A stretch of 64,000 nt of DNA from Opitutia bacterium (GTDB lineage Bacteria; Verrucomicrobiota; Verrucomicrobiia; Opitutales; UBA953): assembly GCA_046315175.1 (NCBI GenBank), contig JBKDBK010000002.1, positions 4,388 to 68,387 on the forward strand, given 5' to 3'. The notes below the pieces were generated by a model. It saw only the letters and a list, made by a program, of their open reading frames with translations. It searched no databases and was not told the origin of the DNA. Position numbers and translations under genes: made by a program. Below, piece by piece: positions 1 through 6,935 of the stretch (the first letter of the stretch is position 1; every line of letters begins with the position of its first letter).

Positions 1-267
1 CGCCTCCGCCGCGAGCAGGCCGTCGCGGCCGACGCCGACCTCGTCGGCTGGTTCGAGCCCCCTGCCGACGAGCGCCACGCCTTCCTCGCCAAGGCCGTGC
101 AGGAACTGCCCCCCGAGCAGCGCGAGGTCGTCGTCCTCCACCAATGGGGCGGCCTGACCTTCGAGCAGGTCGGCGAACAAATCGGCATTTCCCCAAACAC
201 CGCCGCCTCCCGGTGGCGCTATGCCTTGCAGAACCTCAAGAAAACCCTCGGCCCCGTCCTGTCATGA
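1..267 (+). CDS. ECF-type RNA polymerase sigma factor, C-terminal fragment (5' end lies outside window)
   Basis: Frame 1 is open from base 1 to TGA 265-267. Translation ...LPPEQREVVVLHQWGGLTFEQVGEQIGISPNTAASRWRYALQNLKK is a sigma-70 region-4 HTH of the ECF type. Confidence 0.8.
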   Translation, partial: RLRREQAVAADADLVGWFEPPADERHAFLAKAVQELPPEQREVVVLHQWGGLTFEQVGEQIGISPNTAASRWRYALQNLKKTLGPVLS

Positions 268-806
268 ACGAAGACACCCGCGAGATCGAAGCCGCCCTCG
301 GCTCCCTCCGCCCCCGTCGCCTCCCCGCCGGGCTGGAGGCGCGCCTCACCTCCGCCCTCGACGCCCCCGCGCCCGCCCGCCGACCCCGCGTCATTCCCTT
401 CCTCGCCTGGGGCGGCCTAACCGCCGCCGCCTGCCTCGCCGTCATGCTGGCGTTGCCGGATGATGCGGTCGCGCCCACCGGCGCCGAGCCGATGATCATG
501 GCCGCTCAGGCCGACGCTCCTCCGCCCATGCTGAGGTCCGCCCCGCCCCAGCCCGCCGCCGCCCGCGTGGCCAAGTCGGCCGCGGCCTCCGCCGCTCCCG
601 ACCTTCGCCTCGTCCGCGCCGAGCAGTCGCCTCCGGAGGCCACCCTTCTCGAGCCCGTGCGCCTTTCCGACGGCCTCTTCGCCCGTCCTGTCCGCGTGCG
701 CTGGCACAACACGGCGCATTTCCGCGACACCCGGAGCGGCGCCGAGCTGGTCCGCCACGCGCCGCACGACGAGGTCATCGGCCTTGTTCCCTTCGAGACC
801 GACTGA
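264..806 (+). CDS. putative anti-sigma factor (single-pass membrane protein)
   Basis: ATG 264 overlaps the sigma stop (ATGA). One hydrophobic helix (VIPFLAWGGLTAAACLAVMLAL). Position directly after an ECF sigma gene. Confidence 0.6.
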   Translation: MNEDTREIEAALGSLRPRRLPAGLEARLTSALDAPAPARRPRVIPFLAWGGLTAAACLAVMLALPDDAVAPTGAEPMIMAAQADAPPPMLRSAPPQPAAARVAKSAAASAAPDLRLVRAEQSPPEATLLEPVRLSDGLFARPVRVRWHNTAHFRDTRSGAELVRHAPHDEVIGLVPFETD

Positions 807-847
807 CAGACAATTTCTCCCGCCCACCCCGCTTCCTTCCATACACC

Positions 848-1972
848 ATGAGCCCGCTCCGACACATTCCCCTCCACGTCCTGCTCCTCGCCGGCCTCGC
901 CGCCTCCGCCGACGCCCAGGAGACCTCGCCCAAGCCCGCCGCCCCCAAGGCCCCCAAGGCCTCGCCGGCCGACGCCGCCCAGCCCGCCGGCCCCCTCCAG
1001 CCCTATGTCGGCGTCAACGTCCTCCCCCTCACCCCCCGCTTCCGCGAGCAGGATCTCTCCACCGAGCTGCCCGAGGGCGTCGGCATCGTCGTCGGCTTCG
1101 TCGACCCCAAGGGTCCCGCCGCCGCCGTCCTTCAGGAGAAGGACGTCCTCACCCGGCTCGACGACCAGGTGCTGGTCAACGCCGAGCAGTTCCGGACCCT
1201 CGTTCGCAACCGCAAGCCCGGGCAAGCCGTCAAGCTCGTGCGCGTCCGCGGCTCCGATGTCGAAACCGTGGAGGTCGCCCTCGCCGGGCGCCCGGTCTCA
1301 CAGCCGATCGCGGCCGCTCCCCGCCCCTCCGTCACCGCCGACCCTTCCGCTCCCGGCGGCGTCCGCATCACCATCAACGGCCAGGAGGTCGACCCCAGCC
1401 AGATGATCGGCGGCGGCGCTGTCACCTTCGGAGCGCCCGGCGCGCCGGGCGGCCAGGTGGTCATCGTCGGTCCCGGCGCCGCCAACCTCCCTCCGGAGAT
1501 TCGCGAGCAGCTCGAGTCCATGCGCCAACGCGGCCTGCCCGTGCCCCAGCTCGACCTCGACCCCTCGGCCCCTCCCTCCGGCGCCGTCCGCTCCAGCACC
1601 ACCACCTTCTCCCGCAGCTTCAGCCTCGGGACCGGAGCCGGCGTCAGCGGCACATCCAGCTACACCGACGAGGAGGGCTCGGTGAAGGTTCGCAATGAGA
1701 ACGGCAAGAAGTTCGCCACGGTCAAGGACGCCGCCGGCGAGGTCGTCTTTGACGACGAAATCACGACTCCCGAGCAGCTTAAGGCCGTCCCTGAGGCCGC
1801 CCGGGCACGCATCGCCCTGATCGACGGCCCCGGCAAGTTGCCCAGTTTCCGCGGCCCCGAGGCCGCCCCCGCCCCCTCCGCCGACCCCGCCGCCGGAGCC
1901 GACAAGTCACAGCCCGGCTCCGCCCCCGCCCCCAAGTCGCGCAAGCCCATCGATCCGCGCGAGGGCGCCTGA
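848..1972 (+). CDS. secreted PDZ domain-containing protein
   Basis: N-terminal signal peptide MSPLRHIPLHVLLLAGLAASADAQE. PDZ-like segment GVGIVVGFVDPKGPAAAVLQEKDVLTRLDDQVLVNAEQFRTLVRNRKPGQAVKLVRVRG. Confidence 0.75.
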   Translation: MSPLRHIPLHVLLLAGLAASADAQETSPKPAAPKAPKASPADAAQPAGPLQPYVGVNVLPLTPRFREQDLSTELPEGVGIVVGFVDPKGPAAAVLQEKDVLTRLDDQVLVNAEQFRTLVRNRKPGQAVKLVRVRGSDVETVEVALAGRPVSQPIAAAPRPSVTADPSAPGGVRITINGQEVDPSQMIGGGAVTFGAPGAPGGQVVIVGPGAANLPPEIREQLESMRQRGLPVPQLDLDPSAPPSGAVRSSTTTFSRSFSLGTGAGVSGTSSYTDEEGSVKVRNENGKKFATVKDAAGEVVFDDEITTPEQLKAVPEAARARIALIDGPGKLPSFRGPEAAPAPSADPAAGADKSQPGSAPAPKSRKPIDPREGA

Positions 1973-2029
1973 GCTTTCCCCGGCCTATCGCGCTTGAGTT
2001 CCGGCGGTTGGTCGGTTCGTTGCTTTGCC

Positions 2030-2503
2030 ATGGCATCCGACGTCGAACTGTTCTCCCGGGCCGTGGCGGCCTTCAATCTCGCCGCCACCGCCGCCCTCCT
2101 CGTCGGCTACGCCCGCATCCGGGCCGGCGATCGCCAAGGCCACGGCAAGGCCATGGGCGTCGCCTTCTTCCTGTCCGCCCTCTTCCTCGCCGTCTACCTC
2201 GCCTCCAAGGCCAACCTCGTTCTCCGCCATGACCGGCAGAATGTCGCCTACGCTCCCGAGCCCGGCTCCATCTGGGCCTCGCTCGGCTGGCTGTACTACC
2301 TCATCCTCATCCCTCACATCATCCTCGCCATCGTGGTCACCCCCTTTGTCATCCGGGCCGTCTGGCTCGCGGCCAAGGGGCGCTTCGAGGAGCACAAGCG
2401 CCTCACCCGCTGGGTCTTCCCGGTCTGGGTCTACGTCTCCGTGACCGGCATCCTCGTCTGGGTCTTCATGGAATTCAGCGGCTCCCTGGCGAAGGTTGTG
2501 TAA
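2030..2503 (+). CDS. DUF420 family membrane protein (CtaM-like)
   Basis: Four predicted TM helices. C-terminal motif EEHKRLTRWVFPVWVYVSVTGILVWVFM is typical of DUF420. The ATG at 2030 is preferred over the TTG at 1994. Confidence 0.8.
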   Translation: MASDVELFSRAVAAFNLAATAALLVGYARIRAGDRQGHGKAMGVAFFLSALFLAVYLASKANLVLRHDRQNVAYAPEPGSIWASLGWLYYLILIPHIILAIVVTPFVIRAVWLAAKGRFEEHKRLTRWVFPVWVYVSVTGILVWVFMEFSGSLAKVV

Positions 2504-2510
2504 ACAAGGG

Positions 2511-2536
2511 GCACGGGGGCACAGGGGCTCGGGAGG
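2511..2536. repeat. left arm of a 26-nt inverted repeat (gcacgggggcacaggggctcgggagg)
   Basis: Its reverse complement matches 2703..2728 at 25/26 positions. Related copies in the opposite orientation lie at 2961..2976 and 3555..3580. Confidence 0.85.
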
Positions 2537-2607
2537 TACAGCTGCACAGGGGCGCCGGGGCCTGAGGGGCCCCGGAAAGGTGCACAGCTGCACAGGGGCA
2601 CGGGAGT

Positions 2608-2695
2608 TAGGGCCGGCTCACTGAGCAGGCCTCGGATGTTCGTTTAGCGGTGTCCGCGGGTCAGCGGAGGGCCTCCGGCCCTGCGAGATTTGCAG
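2608..2695 (+). repeat. 88-nt direct repeat, copy A
   Basis: tagggccggctcactgagcaggcctcggatgttcgtttagcggtgt...gcggagggcctccggccctgcgagatttgcag. Aligns without gaps to 2746..2833, with roughly ten mismatches. Confidence 0.9.
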
Positions 2696-2702
2696 CCGTG
2701 TC

Positions 2703-2728
2703 CCTCCCGTGCCCCTGTGCCCCCGTGC
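2703..2728. repeat. right arm of the 26-nt inverted repeat (cctcccgtgcccctgtgcccccgtgc)
   Basis: Pairs with 2511..2536. Together they bracket a roughly 218-nt segment containing copy A of the 88-nt repeat. Confidence 0.85.
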
Positions 2729-2744
2729 TTCTGAAACCCGTTAC

Positions 2745-2769
2745 GTAGGGCCGGCTCACCGAGCCGGCC
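2745..2769 (+). repeat. REP-like element: GTAG + hairpin (gtagggccggctc-acc-gagccggcc)
   Basis: 9-bp perfect stem with an ACC loop, preceded by GTAG. Confidence 0.75.
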
Positions 2770-2833
2770 TCGGATGTTCGTTTAGCGGTGTTAGCGGTTC
2801 CGCGGAGGGCCTCCGGCCCTGCGAGATTTGCAG
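2746..2833 (+). repeat. 88-nt direct repeat, copy B
   Basis: Same as copy A, offset by 138 nt. This copy carries the intact GTAG hairpin. Confidence 0.9.
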
Positions 2834-2844
2834 ACGAGAAAATC

Positions 2845-2976
2845 GCGCCGCAGGCGCGACTACGGGGAGCACAGCTCCCTCCGCAGACACCGCAGACACC
2901 GCAGTTACCGCAGACACCGCTAAACCTACCGGTCACCGGCCACCGGCATTTCCCGCGCTTTCTCCCGAGCCCCTGT
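2845..2976 (+). repeat. collinear three-module dispersed repeat, copy 1
   Basis: Modules gcgccgcaggcgcgactacgggg (2845-2867), acaccgctaaacctaccggtcaccgg (2914-2939) and tctcccgagcccctgt (2961-2976) recur in the same order at 3421-3580. Confidence 0.8.
2881..2920 (+). repeat. 9-nt tandem repeat (ccgcagaca) x ~4.4
   Basis: ccgcagaca ccgcagaca ccgcagtta ccgcagaca ccgc, read directly. Confidence 0.9.
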
Positions 2977-3060
2977 AAGCAGCGGGCTATTCCCGCTGTG
3001 CCCCTTGCAAAATAGTCCCCCACTTGCCCTCCGGGGGGAATCCCCTAACCTCAGTTACGT

Positions 3061-3258
3061 CGGAGAAAACAATCCGACCCGTGGCCACGGAGCTGAAACG
3101 ATAGCGAAAGCGAAACGACAGCGAAAAGTGGAAGGCGGTGCCCATCGGGAAAAGGGATGGGATGGAAAAAGAGCGAAAGCGGAAGTCGGCCGAAAAAGGA
3201 CAGGACACCGCCAAGATCAGGGAGGCCGGGCTCGGAGCCCGGCCTCCCTCCTTTTCCC
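3061..3258 (+). ncRNA. candidate small RNA: purine-rich, GGA-dense segment ending in a terminator-like hairpin
   Basis: Eleven GGA triplets between 3062 and 3223, almost no T. No convincing ORF. 14-nt-arm palindrome at 3220..3248 followed by tccttttccc. The 5' end is unknown. Confidence 0.3.
3220..3258 (+). terminator. candidate intrinsic terminator (gggaggccgggctc g gagcccggcctccc + tccTTTTccc)
   Basis: Perfect 14-nt complementary arms. The T tract is short (4 T), hence the moderate confidence. On the minus strand the hairpin is not followed by T residues. Confidence 0.5.
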
Positions 3259-3307
3259 GGGCGGGAAGCATGCTGCGCATCCTCCGACCCCCAATAATCT
3301 GTCTTGG

Positions 3308-3332
3308 GTAGGGCCGTTGCGCCGCAACGGCC
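3308..3332 (+). repeat. REP-like element: GTAG + hairpin (gtagggccgttgcg-c-cgcaacggcc), left half of an inverted doublet
   Basis: 10-nt arms are perfectly complementary, with a GTAG prefix. Confidence 0.75.
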
Positions 3333-3334
3333 GC

Positions 3335-3359
3335 GGCCCGCGCGGCGCGCGGACCCTAC
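3335..3359 (-). repeat. REP-like element on the minus strand (gtagggtccgcgc-gcc-gcgcgggcc), right half of the inverted doublet
   Basis: Plus strand reads ggcccgcgcggcgcgcggaccctac. Stem ccgcgc/gcgcgg with a GTAG prefix on the minus strand, 2 nt from the left REP. Confidence 0.7.
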
Positions 3360-3420
3360 CCTCTGCCCCTCCCTGTATCTCCCATGCTCCTGAGCCCCTC
3401 ACGGAGAGGCGTCCCTACCT

Positions 3421-3580
3421 GCGCCGCAGGCGCGACTACCGGGGCCGCAGGCCCCTCCGCCGACCCGCTGACACCGCTAACCCTACCTGTCACCGGTCAT
3501 CCGCATCTCGTATTCCCTATTCCCCTAGTCCCCCGGTCCCCTGCCCCCCTGCCATCTCCCGAGCCCCTGTGCCCCTGCGC
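3421..3580 (+). repeat. collinear three-module dispersed repeat, copy 2
   Basis: gcgccgcaggcgcgactaccgggg (3421-3444), acaccgctaaccctacctgtcaccgg (3471-3496) and tctcccgagcccctgtgcccctgcgc (3555-3580). Spacers differ in length from copy 1. Confidence 0.8.
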
Positions 3581-3640
3581 ACTTTCCCTTCCGATTCCGC
3601 CTCGACCTTCCTTCCCGCTGTCTCCACATTTCCGTCACCG

Positions 3641-4024
3641 ATGGAAGCCGAGCACACGACGCCGCCCCCCAGCCCCCAGACGGATCGATTCATCTTCTGG
3701 GGCGCCCTCCTCTTCCTTCTCGCCGCCGGCTTCTTCATGTACGCCTCGCTGCGCGAGGAGGAGCTTCGCCTCGCCGGCCTCCAAAAACTCGAGGCCGACC
3801 GCCGCGCCGAGCGCGCCGCCATCGAGCGGAGCCTCGCCCAGGGCACCCAGACCCTGAGCCTTTTCAGCGACAACCCCGAGTTCGTCCGCGACCAAGCCCG
3901 CGAGCGGCTCGGCGTGGCCGCCCCTGACGAGCTGGTCATTCGCCTCGAGCCCGGGGTCGCCGTCCCTTCCTCCAATTCGGCCCGCCCCGTCTCCTCGTTT
4001 GTCAATCTCCCGGCCGCGGAGTGA
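3641..4024 (+). CDS. septum formation initiator family protein (FtsB/DivIC-like)
   Basis: Only the 3' third of ORF 3005..4024 looks coding. From ATG 3641 there is a TM helix (FIFWGALLFLLAAGFFMYA), then a coiled coil, then NPEFVRDQARERLGVAAPDELVI, which resembles the FtsB motif ARE.LG...P.E. Confidence 0.65.
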   Translation: MEAEHTTPPPSPQTDRFIFWGALLFLLAAGFFMYASLREEELRLAGLQKLEADRRAERAAIERSLAQGTQTLSLFSDNPEFVRDQARERLGVAAPDELVIRLEPGVAVPSSNSARPVSSFVNLPAAE

Positions 4025-4081
4025 GTCCGGAGCCCCTTTGCGTTTGCCACGGCGCGCCGCGCGCCGCGTAATCCCTTCCCG

Positions 4082-5482
4082 ATGGCCAAGAAAAAGCAGG
4101 TCACCTGGGGCGGCCGGTTCTCAACCGGCCCCGGCGCCCTCATGCGGCGCTTCAGCGAGTCGGTCTCCTTCGACCGGCGCCTCGCGCCCTTCGACATCCA
4201 AGGCTCGGTCGCCCACGCGACCATGCTGGCCAAGGTCGGCATCCTGACCCGCCGCGAGCGCGACCAGATCGTCGCCGGCCTGACCCGGCTCGGCCGCGAG
4301 GTCGCCGCCGGCAAGTTCCGCTGGAAGGAGGAGCTCGAGGACGTGCACATGAACCTCGAGCAGGCCCTCACCGCGCGCGTGCCCGCCGCCGCCAAGCTCC
4401 ACACCGCCCGGTCCCGCAACGACCAGGTCGCCACCGACATGCGGCTCTATCTCAAGGCCGCCTGCGCCGAGGTCGACGTCGCCCTCGCCGGCCTCCTCCG
4501 CGCCCTTGTCCGCCAGGCCGACCGCCACGCCGACATCCTCATCCCCGGCTACACCCACCTTCAGCGCGCCCAGCCCGTCTCCGTCGCCCACCACCTGCTC
4601 GCCTACTGCGAGATGCTCGGCCGCGACCGCGCGCGCTTCGCCGCCGTGGCCGACGCCGCCAACTGGTGCCCGCTCGGCTCCGGCGCCATCGCCGGCACCA
4701 CCCTGCCCATCGACCGCGAGCTCACCGCGCGGCTGCTCGGCTTTGTCGACGCCAAGGGCCGCCCGCGCGTCACCCCCAACTCGATGGACGCCGTCGCCGA
4801 CCGCGACGCCGCCACCGAGTTCGCCTTCGCCGCCGCCCTCTGCGCCACCCACCTCTCCCGCATGGCCGAGGACCTCATCCTCTGGTCCACCGCCGAGTTC
4901 GGCTTCGCGCGCATGCCCGACGCCTTCTCCACGGGCTCCTCGCTCATGCCGCAGAAGCGCAACCCCGACTCGCTCGAGCTGCTGCGGGGCAAGGCCGCCC
5001 GGACGCACGCCTCGCTCACCCACCTGCTCTGCCTCGCCAAGGGCCTGCCCCTGACCTACAACCGCGACCTGCAGGACGACAAGCCGCCGGTCTTCGACGC
5101 CCACGACCAGGTCCTGCTCGGCCTCCAGGTCATGGCCGGCACCGTCGGCGGCATGACCCTCGACCGTCGCCGCTGCGCCGCCGCCGTGTCCGATCCGGCC
5201 CTGCTCGCCACCGACCTCGCCGATTGGCTCGTCCGCAAGGGCATGCCCTTCCGCCACGCCCACCACGCCGTCGGCCGGCTCGTCGCCGCCGCCGAGCGCC
5301 TGGGCACGCCCCTCGACCAGGTGCCCGACGCCGCCGCGCGCGAGGCCGACCCCGCCTTCCGCGGCGACTGGCGCAAGGTGTTCGACCTTGGCCGCGCCCT
5401 GCGCGCCCGGGACAACATCGGCATGCCCGGCCCCCGCCAGGTCGCCGCCCAGCTCAGGCGCTGGCAGCGCGCCCTCGGCTAA
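4082..5482 (+). CDS. argH: argininosuccinate lyase
   Basis: WGGRFS N-terminus and fumarate-lyase signature [12 protein letters not shown]. Full-length, 466 aa. Confidence 0.97.
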   Translation: MAKKKQVTWGGRFSTGPGALMRRFSESVSFDRRLAPFDIQGSVAHATMLAKVGILTRRERDQIVAGLTRLGREVAAGKFRWKEELEDVHMNLEQALTARVPAAAKLHTARSRNDQVATDMRLYLKAACAEVDVALAGLLRALVRQADRHADILIPGYTHLQRAQPVSVAHHLLAYCEMLGRDRARFAAVADAANWCPLGSGAIAGTTLPIDRELTARLLGFVDAKGRPRVTPNSMDAVADRDAATEFAFAAALCATHLSRMAEDLILWSTAEFGFARMPDAFSTGSSLMPQKRNPDSLELLRGKAARTHASLTHLLCLAKGLPLTYNRDLQDDKPPVFDAHDQVLLGLQVMAGTVGGMTLDRRRCAAAVSDPALLATDLADWLVRKGMPFRHAHHAVGRLVAAAERLGTPLDQVPDAAAREADPAFRGDWRKVFDLGRALRARDNIGMPGPRQVAAQLRRWQRALG

Positions 5483-5488
5483 GGCCCG

Positions 5489-6100
5489 ATGGAACTCGGT
5501 TACCTCGCCGCGGCTTGCCTCCTGGCCAGCCTGTCGCCGGGGCCCGCCAGCCTCTCCACCCTCGGCACCGCCCTGAGGTCGGGCTCCGCCCGAGCCCAGT
5601 GGCACACCCTCGGTCTCGCCGTCGCCGAGATTCCGGTCTCGCTGCTCGCCCTCGCCGTCGCCTCCGGCCTCAGCCAGTGGCCGTGGATGCTCACCGCCAT
5701 CGCCTGGGCCGGCGTCGCCTGGTTCGGCCACCTCGGCGTCACGCTCCTCCTTTACCCGCGCGACTCGCTGCGCGAGGAGGACGCCGGGATCGACGGCCGG
5801 CTCGCCCTCTTCCTGCGCGGCCTGATCGTCAACCTGACCAACCCCAAGACCATCCCCTGGATGCTCCTTGTCATCCAGACCGCCCGGGTGCCGGTCGACA
5901 ACCTCACCCCCGGCGTCATCGCCCTCTTCCTCCTCTGCACGGTCGGCGCCGAGGCCCTCGTCATGTCCGGCTACGCCGGCCTGGCCGGCAAGCTCCGCCC
6001 CCGCCTCGCCGACCCCGCCTTCGCCCGGGGCATCGACCGGGTCACGGGCGTCCTCTGGCTCGTCCTGGCCGGTCTGGCCCTGCGCGCCGCGCTCGGCTGA
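5489..6100 (+). CDS. LysE/RhtB family amino-acid exporter
   Basis: About 200 aa with six hydrophobic segments. N-terminal SPGP motif and the LTNPK motif characteristic of the LysE family. Confidence 0.8.
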   Translation: MELGYLAAACLLASLSPGPASLSTLGTALRSGSARAQWHTLGLAVAEIPVSLLALAVASGLSQWPWMLTAIAWAGVAWFGHLGVTLLLYPRDSLREEDAGIDGRLALFLRGLIVNLTNPKTIPWMLLVIQTARVPVDNLTPGVIALFLLCTVGAEALVMSGYAGLAGKLRPRLADPAFARGIDRVTGVLWLVLAGLALRAALG

Positions 6101-6152
6101 TTTTCCGGTTTCCGCCGCCCCGCGCCTGTGCAGGCTGGCGGATGCCCCGACC

Positions 6153-6935
6153 ATGCGCCCCTTCCTCGCCCTCGCCGCCTTGCTCCTCGCCGGCTGCGCC
6201 TCCCAGCCCGTCGCCCAGCCCGACCCCCGCCTGTTCGAGATGCGCGTCTACTACGCCGAGCCCGGCAAGCTCGACGCGCTCCACGCGCGCTTCCGCGACC
6301 ACACCTGCGCCCTCTTCGAGAGGCACGGCATGACCAACCTCGGCTACTTCGTGCCCGCGGGCGACAACCCCGAGCGCAAGCTGGTCTACTTCCTCGCCTT
6401 CCCCGACCGCGCGGCGCGTGACAAGTCCTTCCGTGATTTCGCTGCCGATCCCGCCTGGAAGGGCGCCGTCGCCTCGAGCGAGGCCCAGGGCAAGCTCGTG
6501 GCGCGCATCGACAACGCCTTCCTCCGCGCGACCGACTTCTCGCCGCGCGCCGAGCCCGGCACCCTCGGCCGCCCGCTCTTCGAGCTGCGCACCTACGCCA
6601 CCGAGCCCGGCCGCCTGCCCAACCTGCTCGCGCGCTTCCGCGACCACACCTGCGCCCTCTTCGAGAGGCACGGCATGACCAACCTTCCCTACTGGGTGAT
6701 GGACGCCGACCAGCGCGGCGCCCGCTCCAACCTCATTCCCGGACGCACCCTGGTCTATCTCCTCGCGCACCGCGACGAGGCCGCCGCCCGCGCCTCCTTC
6801 GCCGCCTTCCGCGCCGACCCCGCCTGGGTCCGCGCCAAGGCCGACTCGGAAGCCGCCGCCGGGGGCCCGCTCACCGTTCCCGATGGGGTCAAGGGCGAGT
6901 TCCTTGTCCCGACCGACTATTCCCGGGTCAAGTGA
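6153..6935 (+). CDS. lipoprotein with two tandem NIPSNAP domains
   Basis: Lipobox LLLAGC. Two repeats of LFE(M/L)R.Y...PG.L..L.ARFRDHTCALFERHGMTNL (NIPSNAP-like). Confidence 0.8.
   Translation: MRPFLALAALLLAGCASQPVAQPDPRLFEMRVYYAEPGKLDALHARFRDHTCALFERHGMTNLGYFVPAGDNPERKLVYFLAFPDRAARDKSFRDFAADPAWKGAVASSEAQGKLVARIDNAFLRATDFSPRAEPGTLGRPLFELRTYATEPGRLPNLLARFRDHTCALFERHGMTNLPYWVMDADQRGARSNLIPGRTLVYLLAHRDEAAARASFAAFRADPAWVRAKADSEAAAGGPLTVPDGVKGEFLVPTDYSRVK
6284..6340 (+). repeat. 57-nt perfect intragenic direct repeat, copy 1 (inside the NIPSNAP gene)
   Basis: cgcgcgcttccgcgaccacacctgcgccctcttcgagaggcacggcatgaccaacct is identical to 6629..6685. Confidence 0.95.
6629..6685 (+). repeat. 57-nt perfect intragenic direct repeat, copy 2
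   Basis: Identical to 6284..6340, offset 345 nt (115 codons). Confidence 0.95.

Noticed and set aside
690-720. A sigma-54-like TGGCAC motif (gcgcTGGCACaacacGGCGCAttt) near an NtrC-containing window.
   Set aside because: The -12 element does not match TTGC. The site lies inside the anti-sigma coding sequence and is far from any gene start.
2881-2920. The tandem 9-mer and the 88-nt direct repeats, considered as a possible CRISPR array.
   Set aside because: The repeat unit is far too short and the units are contiguous, without spacers. The 88-nt repeat occurs only twice. No cas genes are in the window.
3005-3640. The N-terminal two-thirds of ORF 3005..4024, and small ORFs in the island (2661..3023-, 2709..2978+, 2987..3280-, 3384..3857+).
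   Set aside because: They run through repeats, hairpins and the purine-rich tract and give low-complexity peptides. Only the part from ATG 3641 shows protein-like features (TM helix, coiled coil and an FtsB-like motif).
4025-4081. The GC hairpin cggcgcg-ccg-cgcgccg between the ftsB-like gene and argH, considered as a terminator or another REP copy.
   Set aside because: It has no T tract and no GTAG prefix on either strand. It may be a degenerate relative of the REP family, but I cannot support that.
4121-6154. Other very long shadow ORFs: 4121..6154(-), 6917..9541(-), 14358..16733(+), 23080..26415(+), 24840..27446(+), 40580..43039(-), 58403..60256(-), 61002..63950(-), and others.
   Set aside because: Each lies antisense or out of frame to a gene with clear conserved motifs (argH, DUF418/DUF1501, metH, dprA/nnr, fusA, guaA, hrpB). 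Their translations are repetitive G/A/R/P/E/D strings typical of GC-composition artefacts.
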